From Octopus vulgaris (taxonomy: Eukaryota): a stretch of DNA of 64,000 nt. How positions within the stretch are numbered: the first letter of the stretch is position 1; every line of letters begins with the position of its first letter. The notes under the pieces are model-generated. The model was not told the DNA's origin, ran no database searches, and saw only the letters and a program-made list of their open reading frames with translations. Made by a program: the position numbers and the translations under genes. The DNA lies in the NCBI GenBank assembly GCA_951406725.2, contig OX597824.1:18972001-19036000 (forward strand), read 5' to 3'. Positions 1 to 14,678 of this stretch are shown here, in pieces.

Positions 1-485
1 GCAGGCAGATCTCCCTAGCACCATCACGATCATGCGCAAGGCCCAGCTGAGATGGGCAGGCCACGTCTCTTGCATGTTCGACACTCGCATCCCAAAACAG
101 CTCTTCTACGGTGAACTAGCCAGGGCAAACGCAAAGTCGGAGGGCAGAAGAAGCGCTTCAAGGACAGTCTCAGAGTCTCTCTCAAAGACTTCTCCATCGG
201 CACAGAGACTTGGGAGACACTTGCTGCCGACCGCTCATCCTGGTGCAGCGCAATCACCACAGGAGCAAAAACAGCCGAGGAGAGACGGATTCAGTCAGCA
301 GAACAGAAACGCCAGATGCGGAAAGCCAGAGCCACCTGCACTAATAGCACAGCCCCTACCCACTTCTGCCCCACCTGTGGAAGGGGCTTTCTTGCCCGGA
401 TTGGCCTCACCAGCCACCTCCGGTCTCATAGCAGCAATTCCACCAAATGATGTCAATGGTCATCTTCGAGCCCGAAGGACGAACA
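1..485 (+). mobile_element. RTE-clade LINE, 3' end of ORF2 (frameshifted) plus short 3' UTR
   Basis: Frame 2 reads LRWAGHVSCMFDTRIPKQLFYGEL. After a 1-nt frameshift near 120, frame 1 reads QGKRKVGGQKKRFKDSL...WETLAADRSSW...CPTCGRGFLARIGLTSHLRSH (C2H2 finger), stop at 448-450. This is the typical RTE C-terminus; it runs into (TA)n. Confidence 0.9.
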
Positions 486-539
486 TTATATATATATATA
501 TATATATGCATATATATATATATATATATATATACATAT

Positions 540-1440
540 GTGGGTGGAAAAACAAGGTAGAAAATGATAAAATAATTTTATAAAAAAAACCATTTCAGTA
601 CCGTTTCGGTCATTGAGGCTTTTCCAACTGTAAGTATGGAAAACAATTGAATTTTGGAAAAATTACATGAAAAGTATTTTAAAAGAATATTTGCATAGAA
701 TTCAAATATAAGGGACATTTTCTTTGTTTCTGCCTGTCTCTATCTTTCTTGTTTACTCTCGTGGCTTCGAGGTCATTATGAATTCTTCGCAGAGAAGAAG
801 AAGAAGAAGAAGAAGAAGAAGAAGAAGAAGAAGAAGAAGAAGAAGAAGAAGAAGAAGAAGAAGAAGAAGAAGAAGAAGAAGAAGAAGAAATAATACGGGA
901 GTGCTATGATAGTAGTAGGATGTTAAATGGTCAAGTGCCCTGAAAGTGACTTGTGGATGGTAGTATTGATTGAGTTCTTGAGATATCTCTTTAGAATGTA
1001 TTGTTTATAATATTTGTGTCGATGTTATTCTAAACAGCAGTAGTAGTAAAGTAAGGAAGGGGGTGGCGAAGAGGAAGAAGAAGACGAAGAAGAAGCATAC
1101 AGAAGAAAAGAAAGAATAAGAGAATGCGGGATGGTAGGATAGTAGTAGGATGTTATATGGTCAAGTAACCTAAAAGTGAATCGTTGTGGATTATAGCGTT
1201 GTTTGGGACTATTTTTAATGAATTCTTTGGTATCTCTTTTGAATGTATCATTTTTAATATTTGCGTGTGTGTTATTCTAAGGTCGTGGTGGATATGTAAT
1301 ATGTTGTAGATGCGTTCAAAAGGGGTCTGTATTTTGTAGTAAAAAGTCTCTCTTTATTACAAAATACAGACCCCCTTTTCAACGCATCTACAACAAATGA
1401 CATATCCACCACGACCTTAGAATAACACACACGCAAATAC
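540..1440 (-). mobile_element. Penelope-like 3' remnant with inverted duplication and degenerate hammerhead
   Basis: ~85-bp inverted repeat 1259-1345/1353-1439. Its centre reads SLFITKYRP, resembling FFIEKYRTHLN at the end of the GIY-YIG region near 43850. Degenerate hammerhead at 596-630 (-). Confidence 0.45.
791..888. repeat. (AAG)n microsatellite
   Basis: Direct inspection. Confidence 0.95.
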
Positions 1441-1496
1441 TATGTTGAAATATGATGATTTAGTTTCATTTTCCCATTAATAACATGTATCATTTA

Positions 1497-1875
1497 CTCT
1501 TTTTTTTCTCTTTTTCTTGTTTCAGTCATTTGACTGCGGCCATGCTGGAGCACCACCTTTTAGTACTCATTCTATCGGTCTCTTTTTGCCGAACCGCTAA
1601 GTGACGGGGACGCAAACACACCAGCATCGGTTGTCAAGCAATGCTAGGGGGACAAACACAGACACACAAACACACACACACACACACACATACATATATA
1701 TACATATATACGACAGGCTTCTTTCAGTTTCCGTCTACCAAATCCACTCACAAGGCATTGGTCGGCCCGGGGCTATAGCAGAAGACACTTGCCCAAGATG
1801 CCACGCAGTGGGACTGAACCCGCAACCGTGTGGTTGGTTAGCAAGCTACTTACCACACAGCCACTCCTGCGCCTA
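1497..1875 (-). mobile_element. tRNA-derived SINE family A, full length (head module, internal TA/TG microsatellite, tail module)
   Basis: Head GGCGCAGGAGTGGCTGTGTGGTAAG...GGTTCAGTCCC (A/B-box-like); tail ...CAGTCAAATGACTGAAACAAG. About ten near-identical full or partial copies in the window. Confidence 0.9.
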
Positions 1876-2152
1876 TTTGTCTCAATAAATTTGTAAATGG
1901 AATATGGATTTTATTATCAATTTCTAATGGCTGTTTATTTTACACCCACCCTGTATATGTATACCTTTTTTACTACCACCTCTACTCGAATAATGGAGCT
2001 TTACTCGAATAATGGAACTGAAACTACAATGTTTTATATTTTATTTCTACTTTCATTCTCTTATTTCCCTCTATATTCCTTATTTCCTCCTTTTCCACAA
2101 TAATTCCTTATTTCGAACCCAAACATTTACCTCTATTTAACCATCTCACATC

Positions 2153-2200
2153 GTCTCTGATGAAGGGATATCCATAATATCCCAGAAACAGCTGTAAGAC
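2153..2200 (+). ncRNA. Minimal type-I hammerhead ribozyme motif
   Basis: GUCU-CUGAUGA-aGGGAUA uccauaa UAUCCCa-GAAA-CAGCUG-UA-AGAC. Stems I and II pair; stem III is the palindrome ACAGCUGU. Confidence 0.8.
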
Positions 2201-2271
2201 TATATCTATATTTCTTTCCTTACAAATGTCCTGAAAACTCCTCACAACCTTAGCTTTGTTATCGCTGTTTG

Positions 2272-2356
<85 letters not shown>

Positions 2357-2358
2357 TG

Positions 2359-2424
<66 letters not shown>

Positions 2425-2456
2425 AATAAAATATGTGACAATTATTCGGTAGCCAT

Positions 2457-2517
2457 GATAAAACTCCGAGTTTCGGATGTCGGGGCGGAAACCCACGCCG
2501 CCATCTCTTCAGTTATC
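2457..2517 (-). ncRNA. Minimal type-I hammerhead ribozyme motif
   Basis: GAUAA-CUGAAGA-GAUG...CAUCc-GAAA-CUCGGAG-UU-UUAUC; second copy at 14679-14739 (+). Confidence 0.8.
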
Positions 2518-3005
2518 CAGCAATCGAAAAAATGCTTTGAAAATGACCGTTAAACAAAGGGAAATTACTGTGTGATTGACCGTTATTAAGACAAAAGAGC
2601 TATCAGAATGACCGCTAAGTGAGAGGAGGGAGTAAACGTAAGGGAGTATACTTCATAGTATTCGCGTAAGCGCGCATGTCCATGCCTACACATGCGCGCC
2701 CATTTCTATCTATATATATATTTATTTATATATATATATTTATACATACATATATATATATACATATATATATAAATATATATATATATAATGTGAAATA
2801 GAAAGATGAATAATCTTGTAGCAGATTAATCAAAAGTTTAACCGATACCTTGGTAGCAAAAATCACAGCAGAAGACAGCACGGTTGGAGGTACAACCATA
2901 TGGTGTTGCAACCGTGCGTTGGTGCGGATAATTGAAATTAAAATATTATTGGTGAATTGAAGAAATGGAGCTGAACGAAGATTGAACAGAAATCGTTTTA
3001 TTTCA

Positions 3006-3085
3006 TTCTACACGTGTTTCGAAAGGCACAATTTACCAAAATCCGATTGAATAATGAGACCATATTGTGTCTTTCTCTTCAGGAA
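3006..3085 (-). ncRNA. Hammerhead motif (mirror copy in palindrome)
   Basis: Exact reverse complement of 3100-3179. Confidence 0.7.
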
Positions 3086-3099
3086 GAAATACACATTTC

Positions 3100-3179
3100 T
3101 TCCTGAAGAGAAAGACACAATATGGTCTCATTATTCAATCGGATTTTGGTAAATTGTGCCTTTCGAAACACGTGTAGAA
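3100..3179 (+). ncRNA. Hammerhead motif with long stem II
   Basis: UUC-CUGAAGA-GAAAGacacaau...auugugcCUUUC-GAAA-CACGUG-UA-GAA; palindromic stem III ACACGUGU. Confidence 0.7.
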
Positions 3180-3239
3180 TGAAATAAAACGATTTCTGTT
3201 CAATCTTCGTTCAGCTCCATTTCTTCAATTCACCAATAA

Positions 3240-3305
<66 letters not shown>

Positions 3306-3315
3306 TGTATGTATG

Positions 3316-3373
<58 letters not shown>

Positions 3374-3379
3374 AGTACG

Positions 3380-3433
<54 letters not shown>

Positions 3434-3697
3434 TACATATGTATTTAAATGCTTTTGGCAATAATGGGACGTTTCTTTTTAATGGCTCCGAGGAGGCTAT
3501 AACTTTCACGATTAGTAATAGCCTTAACAGCTCTAAGCTAATGGACGTTATTACATAACATCTGTCCTTTGTTATTTAGCAAGCGATATTGCACACTATG
3601 CTGACCTCATAGTTCACAATACAATGTAAGAATATTAAGCTCTGGCAACTGGTTGTTTGTATCACTATGTCTAATCGGAATCGTAATGTGTGTGTGC

Positions 3698-3736
<39 letters not shown>

Positions 3737-3738
<2 letters not shown>

Positions 3739-3995
3739 GCAACGTGATTAAGTTGGTTAGGCTATTCGACTCATGGTCTCAAAGATGTGAGTTCGATTGC
3801 CGCTAGCGTGTTAAGTCCTTGAGCAAGACATTTTATTTCACGTTGCTCCAGTCCACCCAGCTGGCAAAAATGAGCTATACCTGTATTTCATAAGGGCCAG
3901 TCTTGACACATTCTGTGTGTCTCGCCGAATGTCCCGTAGAACTACATTAAGGGTACGCATGCCTGTAAAGTGCTCAGCACGTTAATTTCACAAGT
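3737..3995 (+). mobile_element. tRNA-derived SINE family B, diverged
   Basis: tRNA-like head with GAGTTCGATT, then CTTGAGCAAGACA...TTTCACGTTGCTCCAG. Homologues at 26740-26890, 27452-27697, 41597-41940 and 55070-55200. Confidence 0.7.
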
Positions 3996-4004
3996 ATATA
4001 TATA

Positions 4005-4229
4005 TGACTGGCTGTGTGGTAAGTAGCTTGCTAACCAACCACATGGTTCCGGGTTCAGTCCCACTGCGTGGCATCTTGGGCAAGTGTCTTCTGCTATAGC
4101 TCCGGGCCGACCAATGCCTTGTGAGTGGATTTGGTAGACGGAAACTGAAAGAAGCCTGTCGTATATATATATATATATATATATAAATATATATATATAC
4201 ATATATACGACAGGCTTCTTTCAGTTTCC

Positions 4230-4283
<54 letters not shown>

Positions 4284-4483
4284 TTGTATGTTTGTGTGTC
4301 TGTGTTTGTCCCCCTAGCATTGCTTGAGAACCGATGCTGGTGTGTTTACGTCCCCGTCACTTAGCGGTTCGGCAAAAGAGATCCGATAGAATAAGTACAA
4401 AGAATAAGTCCTGGGGTCGATTTGCTCGACTAAAGGCGGTGCTCCAGCATGGCCGCAGTCAAATGACTGAAACAAGTAAAAGA

Positions 4484-4485
<2 letters not shown>
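4005..4485 (+). mobile_element. SINE family A copy
   Basis: Matches 1497-1875 in reverse; contains a small inverted fragment at 4200-4232. Confidence 0.9.
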
Positions 4486-4523
<38 letters not shown>

Positions 4524-5670
4524 ATGTGTGTGCATTTGTGTGTATGTTTGTGTGTGTGTGTGTGCGAATGCGTGTGTGGTACATTGGACAAGTGTATTCT
4601 ACTATAGACCGAGGTCGACCAAATCCTTGTGAGTGGATTTGGTAAAGAATGAGTCCTGGGGCCGATTTCTTCGTATAATACGCTTTTAGGCGGTGCTCCA
4701 TCATGCTTTAAACAATTAACAGAGTAAAAGAGAACCTATGTATGTATGTGTGTGCGTGCGTGTGCGCGCGTTTGTGAGTGTGTGTGTGTGTGTTTGCGGA
4801 CATAAAATCACGTATATAAAACACGTGAAATAGACCAGAGTAAACAAACAATAAGAATTTAAAAAGAACTCTGACTGAAATATCGAACACGAAAAACCTA
4901 TTTTGTTTGAAAGATGACGTCTTTCTGTGGTGTGGGTGCGTGCAAAAGTCCATTAAACCGACTTGTTTTTTTTCTTCAATGATATTTATTTTATCAAACG
5001 CAGAAGTATGGTGGGGGATTGGCCGTGAAGTGTCGTAAACAAGTACTTCTTACTTACTGGACCTCCAACTCTCCTTTTTCCTTCATTTCTTCATTTTTTC
5101 TTTCATTCTTTCTTTCTTACTGTATGTATGTATGCGTATATGTATGTATGCATGTATGTATGTATGTATGTATGTATGTATGTATGTATGTATGCGTATA
5201 TGTATGTATGTATGTATGTATGTATATATGTATGTATGTATGTATGTATGCATGTATGTATGTATGTGTGCGTGTATGTATGATTACATGTATGCGTTCC
5301 TTTGCGATTATATCTACAAATATATATAGATGTGTGTATATATATATATATAAATATATATATAATTTAATCAAAATATGAAAACACAAAGAGAAAACAC
5401 AACAACGCGAGGACGTGGAACAAGTATAGTGTTATTGGACGCTTAGGAAAGGAGAGAAAGAAGGAGGATTATATAGATATAAATATATATATATATATAT
5501 ATATACCGTAGTGTCTGGGGAGAGTCATTCTCTTTTGGTGCCTTATAATTTAACACACTCACTGGTAAAATTACCACTTATTTCTTTTTTATTTTTCTGA
5601 AAATTTTCGTTGCGTCTTGCAAAGAGACCTCTGCATTTTCAAATCCTATATATTTTCACTCGTTATACAT

Positions 5671-6042
<372 letters not shown>

Positions 6043-6160
6043 TTGATAGGCACACATGCGCATACATGCACATACACAAGCGCACATACGCGTACACACA
6101 TGCGCACATGTATATGAATGGGAGATATTTTGCTAAGAAAAATAACAGTGGCCAATACTG

Positions 6161-6219
<59 letters not shown>

Positions 6220-6700
6220 CAGTGTGTTTGTGCGTGCGTGCGTGCGCATGTGTGTGTATGCATATGTGTGTGCGTGTGTGGGTGTGTTTGCGTGTATTTG
6301 TGCGAGTGAGTGTGTGACTCAGAACTAAAGAGATAGAAAGAAGATAGTTACAAGACAAATTTGAGCCGAACATTGGAAAGTGGTTATTCTGGTTAAACCA
6401 CACATCTCTTTCACTTTCTCCCTTCTTCCCCCCCCTTCACAGTTTCTCTTTCTCTCTCTCTCTGTCTCTCTCTCTTTCTGTTGCCACAAAGAGAAAAAGA
6501 AGGTCAGTTTGAACAATTCAGTGATCTTTTACCATTTCACGGGTGGTTACGGGGCCATTAACACACCAAGATCGGGTGTCAAGCAACGGTGGGGCGACAA
6601 ACATAGTCATATAATACATACATACATACATACACACACATACATACATACATACATACATACATACATACATACATACATACATACATACATTCATACA

Positions 6701-6740
<40 letters not shown>

Positions 6741-6838
6741 GTTAATCCAAACAAGAAAGCACAAAAAACACAACAACGCGAGGACGTAGAACAAATATGA
6801 GTATTATTGGACGCTCAGGAAAGAAGGAAAGAAGGAGG

Positions 6839-6873
6839 GTTTAACGTTTCGAGCAGAGCTCTTCGTCGGAAAC
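6839..6873 (-). ncRNA. Hammerhead-like motif with CCGACGA core (U4C)
   Basis: GUUU-CCGACGA-aGAGC ucu GCUC-GAAA-CG-UU-AAAC inside a ~200-bp element (6745-6945); truncated sister at 5372-5470. Confidence 0.6.
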
Positions 6874-8029
6874 ATAGGAGAAGGAAAGGTCCAGAGAAGG
6901 GAAGACAGAGGAAAAAAAATCGCGAACGGTACACACGCGGTAAGGTCATATATATATATGAATATAAAAAATGGAACAAAAACGCAATGTAAATAAAACA
7001 ACCGGACAGATAATAGACGATGCAAAGGCCTCCAGACGAGGTTCGACAGAGATGTGGAGTGTTTTTATTTATACTGGAAAACGATGAGAGATGCTTTCTC
7101 AGACTATTTTTCATGGTGTCTGCGGTACCACCAATGTACACATATTACTGTGTATTTGCCTTCACCTCTCATTTGTACACTACATTCTTTATCATGCAGT
7201 TGTTGTTCAAAATGCATTCGTCTTTACGTCTGCAGTTACAAATGAAACACAGGCACACAAATACATACATACATGCATACATACATACACACACACACAC
7301 ACACAGAGATATATATATAGAGAGAGAGGGGGAGGGGAGAGAGGGAGAGAGAGAGAGAGAATAGAGAGATATGGGATAGTAAAATGGGAGGTGGGGTGTT
7401 TGAAGAGGATTGAGAATGAAACGAAGAAGACCGATGATGAGAAGCATTGGAAAGAAATGAAGAAATAGAATGAAATAAAGGCAAAGAGAAAGATGAAGAA
7501 GAAAAGAAGGAAGGAGAAGGATAAAGGTAAAGATATAAAGCAGGAAGAAAAAAGAGAAAGACGATAATGAAACAAAGAGAAGATAAAAGCAGGAGAAGAG
7601 ATAGTGATGAAGAAGAGAGAAGAGAGAAAGAGTAGGAAAAGAGTAAAAAGAGAGAAAAAGGTAGAGGAAGAGAGAGAGAGAGAGAGAGGAACGAAAGGGG
7701 TGCAGAAAGAGAATAAAAAGAAAACCAAGGAGTTGGGGAGAGAGGCGCAAGGCGTAATTGTGGCAAGTTAATGAAGTGAAATGATAAAGCGAAAGTTAAT
7801 GAGCCCATTTATGACGTGTCCCGATGTCCAGCCGAACTGATAAGGTGTTTGGTACAATTGACTGACCATTAGCGTTCACTGACCTTCCAACACCACATTA
7901 CAGTAGTTGACATAGATAGGAAGAGAGGAGCGGCTCTACGTAATCACTCGACCGGTTAGAAATAGCAGTGAAATATTCCTCAAATCACATCGCACTGTCG
8001 TACAAAACGGTGGATTGAATTACGTGACC

Positions 8030-8420
8030 CCGAGTTTCCAATATGTAATAAAAGTACAAAACAAAAGAAATAAAATTGATGGAATGGTCACGACAAGAAT
8101 GGCTTTCATTGTATGTCTGACCCACGAGGAGTGACCTTGTCTTAAATAGGCAAGATTCAAGTATGTAACCTCGAGTTTCCAATATGTAGGGAAAATGCAA
8201 AACAAAAGAAAAAATCGATGGAATGGTCACGACTAGAATACCTTTCATTGTATGTCTGGCCTATGAGGACTGACCTTGTCTTAAAAAGGGAAGATTAAAG
8301 AACGGTGTTTCTAGTTCCCAATATGTAATGAAAGTACAAAACAAAAGAAAAAAATCGATGGAATGGTCACGACTAGAATGCCTTTCCTCGTAAGTCTGGC
8401 CCATGAGGACTGACTTTGTA
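8030..8420. repeat. ~140-bp tandem repeat, about 3 copies
   Basis: AGTTYCCAATATGTA...GATGGAATGGTCACGAC...GACCTTG recurs at ~8033, ~8174 and ~8313. Confidence 0.8.
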
Positions 8421-8863
8421 TTAAACCAAAACAACTGCAATGAAGGTTTGTGGCCCTATCGAGGAGATTGTTTGATTTGCTAGAAATAAGAACCAAATTT
8501 GTCTCAAATAAATTACCTCGCAGTGACTTTAAAAGAAAATAGATTTATAGCATAAGGGTAACAGGGGTTGCCTGCAGAGAGGAAATTAGATGTATTGGAC
8601 ACGGTTGGATTGCCTTTCATCATAGGCCTGCTGGATCATAGCAGACCTGAGGTTAAACAACCAACAACAGTAAAAAAATTGGGAGATTCCCGCTTGAAAG
8701 TGTGATCCTATATAAATTGTACGAAACAGGCTGGATAGTCACGATTGGAGCTTTGGAATGTAAGGGACTTCAACGTGGTTTCAGGACCAGTCAGAAATGA
8801 CAGCCAAATGTCCCTCAGATCGTAACAAGGCAAAATGAAAGTTAAATAAATAAATGAATAAAT

Positions 8864-9035
8864 AGGCGCAGAAATGGCTGTGTGGTAAGTAGCTTGCTTA
8901 CCAACCACATGGTTCCGGGTTCAGTCCCACTGCATGGCACCTTGGGCAAGTGACTTCTACTATAGCCTCGGGCCGACCAAAGCCTTGTGAGTGGATTTGG
9001 TGGACGGAAACTGAAAAGATGCCCGTCGTATATAT
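8864..9035 (+). mobile_element. SINE family A head module
   Basis: Identity to the other copies. Confidence 0.85.
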
Positions 9036-9042
9036 GTATATG

Positions 9043-9513
9043 TGGTATAAAAGATGGGCTACAGCAAATATTCTGCTCAATACCACAGATTTGCTTGTCA
9101 GTTGTTTGACCTTAACCAGTTGAGCATGTCCCTTAGTGGTTGATTATATGTGCATCTCTGATCCCGAGCAGAAGTAGTGGGGGAGCATCACAGCCGTGTG
9201 TTGAAAGGAATTCTTAGAGGTTTGGATTATTCACCTCTGGAAACACGGGTGTTTCGTTCAACATCCTTAAACAACCCTTATTCAGGGACCTTTTGAGCGG
9301 GATGGGCTACTCGACCAGAACAAAATTCTAACTGGGCCCCACCTGCAAGGTCATGTGCTGTTTATCTTGATATGAGATCACCATGTCGCGCACACATGGT
9401 TGTGATGCATGTCCCTAGTATACCCTTATCAGACGGGTAGTCATGATGGGTATACTAGGCTTCGTATATTTTACCCCAGTGTCACTTTGATGGCATGCAC
9501 TGCTCTCTCACTC
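9043..9513 (+). mobile_element. ~550-bp (AAT)n-associated non-coding element, 5'-truncated
   Basis: Seven homologous copies in the window; ends CTCTCTCACTC followed by (AAT)n. Confidence 0.85.
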
Positions 9514-9537
9514 AATAATAATAATAATAATAATAAT

Positions 9538-9581
<44 letters not shown>

Positions 9582-9583
9582 TA

Positions 9584-10073
9584 ATGTACAATGCTTTGTC
9601 TTGGTATAAAAGATGGGCTACAGCAAATATTCTGCTCAATACCACAGATTTGCTTGTCAGTTGTTTGACCATAACCAGTTGAGCTTGTCCCCTAGGGGCT
9701 GATGGCATGTGCATCTCTGACCCCGAGCAGAAGTAGTGGGGAAGCATCATAGTCGTGTGTTGAAAGGAATTCTTAGAGGTTTGGATTATTCACTTCTGGA
9801 AACATGGGTGTTTCGTTCAACATCCTTAAACAACCCTTATTCAGGGACCTTTTGAGCAGGATCGGTTAATCGACTAGAAGAAAATTCTAGCTGGGCCCCA
9901 CCTGCAAGGTCATGTGCTTTTTATCTTGATATGAGATCACCATGTCGCGCACATATGGTTGTGATGCATGTGCCTAGTGTAGCCTTATCAGACGGGTAGT
10001 CATGATGGGTATATTGGGCTTCGTATATTTTACCCCGGTGTCACTTTGATGGCATGAACTGCTCTCTCACTCC
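9584..10073 (+). mobile_element. ~550-bp (AAT)n-associated element
   Basis: Tandem to the previous copy, separated by (AAT)n. Confidence 0.85.
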
Positions 10074-10211
<138 letters not shown>

Positions 10212-10214
10212 CTA

Positions 10215-10422
10215 TTCTATTAAAAGTACAAGGCCTGAGATTTTGGGGGAGGGGACTAGTCGATTAACCTGACCCTAGTATGTAACTGGTACTTAGTTTA
10301 TCGATCCCGTGAAAGGCAAAGTTGACCTCGGTGGAATTTGAAAACAAAACGTAGCGACGGGTGGAATATCGCTAAGCATTTCGTCCAGCGTGCTAACGAT
10401 TCTGCCAGCTCACCGCAGTTTT

Positions 10423-10475
<53 letters not shown>

Positions 10476-10488
10476 TAGAATAATAATA

Positions 10489-10527
<39 letters not shown>

Positions 10528-10745
10528 GCTTGCAGCATAGACACAACGTTTGCAATCTCCTGGGAGGGACAGTGGCGATTAAACATACCACAGTACTTGA
10601 TTGGTAGTTTATTTTATTGACCCCCGAAGGGATAAAAAGCAATGTTGACCTCAGTCGTATTCGATCTCAGAACACAAAAAGAAAAAAATAAAGCGGAAGA
10701 AATACTGCAAAAGCAATTTGTCCAACGCTCTAACGATTCTGCAAA
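10215..10745 (-). mobile_element. Two diverged Nin/Deu-domain-like SINE copies
   Basis: Reverse of CCGAGGTCGACTTTGCCTTTCATCC...GGGGTCGATAAA...AGTACC, seen intact at 48611-48662. Confidence 0.6.
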
Positions 10746-11271
10746 ATAATACTAATTATAAGCAGGCAGTGGTGGAGAGCGTCAGGGCTGGGGGCGGAGG
10801 AGAAAAAAAGTATTTTCTTCAGCAGTGAAGCTATATTAACAAGGTTGATCTGATACTATCTACTCAAGCGCACCATAAAGTTCTGACTAAATGGTCCTCA
10901 CAAAAATAAATAAAGGGGAAATTTGAAGGACAATATCATAGGCAACAACAGTAATATCAGCATTAACAACACCCTGATAAACACAAAAAGCCCGAAAGAT
11001 GAAAAAAAAAAAAAAAACAGCGAAAAAAAAACCCAAAGGGAAACGAACAAAAAAAAACTCTATTAGCTATCGTAGATCTAATATCTAATAGCTGGCTAAT
11101 TAGCAGATAATGGAGGCAGTTATTTTCCACGATGTATGGGATGGGGCTATGTCCCTTCTCAACTATGAGCAAGTTCGGTGTGGTAATTGGCATTTTTTTT
11201 TTAGATTTGACCTGAGTTTCTCTGACCCTTCGTAAGTCCCAAGACCGCTGCGCAGCGCAAACTTAGTTTTG

Positions 11272-11390
<119 letters not shown>

Positions 11391-11686
11391 GGAGATGTAT
11401 ACATATGGATGTTCGTGTACATATTTATATACATACACATACATACGCACACGTACATATATGCATATATATGCATACATACATACATACATACATACAT
11501 ACATACACAAACACATATATGAGCATCACGTGCGCACACATATATTTTATAGTTACTTCTCTAGTTGGTTTTACACGTGACAGAGAACGCCATATATACA
11601 TACATACATATATACATACATACATACATACATACACACACACACATACATACATACATACATACATACATACATACATACATACA

Positions 11687-11717
<31 letters not shown>

Positions 11718-11900
11718 GTGGATGTATTCGTACACTTACTCCATAACGTATTTATACTCAAATAAATACGAAGAAATGCGTAGAATGTTTAATATATGAC
11801 TATAGAAACCTTTATACAGATACCGTGTATATACACTGTACTGATAGAAAATAAACGCATACATATACACATACAAATTTCGATACATACTTACTACATG

Positions 11901-11955
<55 letters not shown>

Positions 11956-12513
11956 TAAGAATGTATATTTATACAAAGTATGGATGTATATTTATATACA
12001 CGCATGATGGTAAACATTCTACAACGTAATAGTCCATATACGCAGGCCACTCTCTAATATACAACGCATACGTAATTACGGCAAACAACATGAATAACGT
12101 AGATATATACAATGATAAACCTATAGTCATGAACACATTTGCATACGTACGTATACGCATATATAGGATGGTACGCAGCAGCGTATATAGAGAGAGGCAG
12201 TCACATAGTCAAGCTTAAGTAAGAGACAAATACGTGTGTGTGTGTGTTTTATCGCTACAAACCGCCGTCACTATCATCACCGCCATTTTTTTATTCCTCG
12301 TGGCCTCTCAAAACTATTCTACATCAGACCGAATCATACCATTTTTACGCTGCTAACGCCACACTACATATTACTGTCCCTGTGGGCCTTACGCTTAGCT
12401 TAGCAATCAAGATACCAAGAGAATTACTAGAATAAAACAATAAAAAAAGGAGAGAGAAAAAAATGGCGTCCACACTTTGCAAAATAACCACAAAAGAAAT
12501 CACGCAAAAACGT

Positions 12514-12590
<77 letters not shown>

Positions 12591-12601
12591 TATATGTATA
12601 C

Positions 12602-12635
<34 letters not shown>

Positions 12636-12673
12636 GCACATATATATATGTATACATATATATACGTATACAT

Positions 12674-12724
<51 letters not shown>

Positions 12725-13093
12725 AATGGAGGGAAGTATATAGGGACAAAATAGTTTAGCTGCATCGTCTTCCCTGACAACCTCTCCTCCTCAGCACACT
12801 CAAATTTAAACACAACAACAAAACAATAAGGAAAACAAGGAAAAAATTACAAAGAACACACGAAAAGAAAAGTAGAAAATGTTTTGGGGGAATGGCAAAA
12901 ATATTATACTGGGCCGTTTCTCCCTTAGGATGCGAAAGTATTGGGATCACAGCAGGATTAATAAATGCGTCCGAATACACACAGACACAGAGGCACACAC
13001 ACACACAGATACACACACTCACTTATACGTTTATATATATATATATATATACATATTACAAATACAGAGATGTGTGAGCGCGCGAGTATATGC

Positions 13094-13162
<69 letters not shown>

Positions 13163-13290
13163 TGTCTATGTGCATGCGTGCGCTTCCTTGATCATATGCC
13201 TGAATACATCAATGTACATAAAGGCACTTATGTATCTCTACACATATATACATATGCATATAAGTATATGCATGTATGCGTAAGTACATA

Positions 13291-13325
<35 letters not shown>

Positions 13326-13420
13326 TTATATATATATATATATATGTGTGTGTATGTGTGTGTGTGTAAGTATGTATATATGTTTATATAAAATATATAT
13401 ATGTAATTATGTATATATAC

Positions 13421-13494
<74 letters not shown>

Positions 13495-13762
13495 CTACAT
13501 GTGTGTGTATATTCGTGTGTGGAGAGGCATATAGTGAGAAAGGAAGAGAGAGAAGCGATGCCAGTTTGTATGTACGTTTCGGATTTCAACCATGTAAACA
13601 CGCATACACAATGGTTTAGTGTTCGCTATGAAAGGTACATAAAAATTAGTGGATTATTACTAATATGTAAATACACACGTGAGAATAAGGGTATCAGTGG
13701 TTCAGTGAGCGCATTTACACAAATACCTACCTAGATACATACATACATACATACATACATAC

Positions 13763-13859
<97 letters not shown>

Positions 13860-13938
13860 CGTTTGTGTGTGTACATATACATATATATAAACATAAATTT
13901 ATTCATAGATATATAAATTTTTACATACACACACGCGG

Positions 13939-14018
<80 letters not shown>

Positions 14019-14029
14019 TTTTTTAGTTT

Positions 14030-14485
14030 TATTGTATTTTTTTATATTTCAGTCATTTGACTGTAGGCATGCTGGAGCACCGCCTTAAAGGGTTTTAGTC
14101 GAAGAAATCCACCCCACGACTTGGTTTTGTTTCGTTTGTTTTTTTTAAGCCTAGTACTTATTCTATCGGTCTCTTTTGCTGAACTGCTAACTAACGATTA
14201 GCACCGGTTGTCAAGCGATGGTGATAGAGGACAAACACAGATTCAAATCCACACTCATACACACACATATATATGTATATATATATATGTGTGTGTGTCC
14301 GTGTGTGTGTGTGTACAGTCGACGGGCTTCTTTCAGTTTCCATCCTCAAATCCACTTACAAGGCTTTGGTCGGTCCAAGACTATAGTTGAAGACACTTAC
14401 CCAACAAGTTGCTACGCAGTGGAACTGAATCCAGAACTATATGGTCGAGGAGCAAGGTTCTTACCACACGGCTACGTCTGCGCCT
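14030..14485 (-). mobile_element. SINE family A, diverged copy
   Basis: Similarity to 1497-1875. Confidence 0.8.
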
Positions 14486-14504
14486 ATATATATGTATATA
14501 TATG

Positions 14505-14596
<92 letters not shown>

Positions 14597-14678
14597 TGTG
14601 TGTATATATATATATGTATATATATGTATATATATGTTTATATATATATATATAATTGTAAAATGTGATAAAACTCCA

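Larger units (their letters stand above)
2790..3244. mobile_element. Non-autonomous Penelope-like element with perfect 150-bp-arm palindrome
   Basis: 2941-3090 is the reverse complement of 3095-3244. 2790-2940 is homologous (reverse) to 49455-49610. Flanked by (TA)n. Confidence 0.7.

Noticed and set aside
1497-1875. Naming SINE families as published octopus SINEs (OK, OR1/OR2, Twhar)
   Set aside because: Names cannot be assigned reliably without a Repbase/Dfam comparison.
4435-4485. SINE A tail hairpin followed by GAAACAAGUA as a hammerhead
   Set aside because: No CUGANGA-like segment or stem I upstream.
12278-12472. Two YY1-like motifs (CGCCATTTT, AAAATGGCG) as a promoter
   Set aside because: Short motifs with no other promoter evidence.
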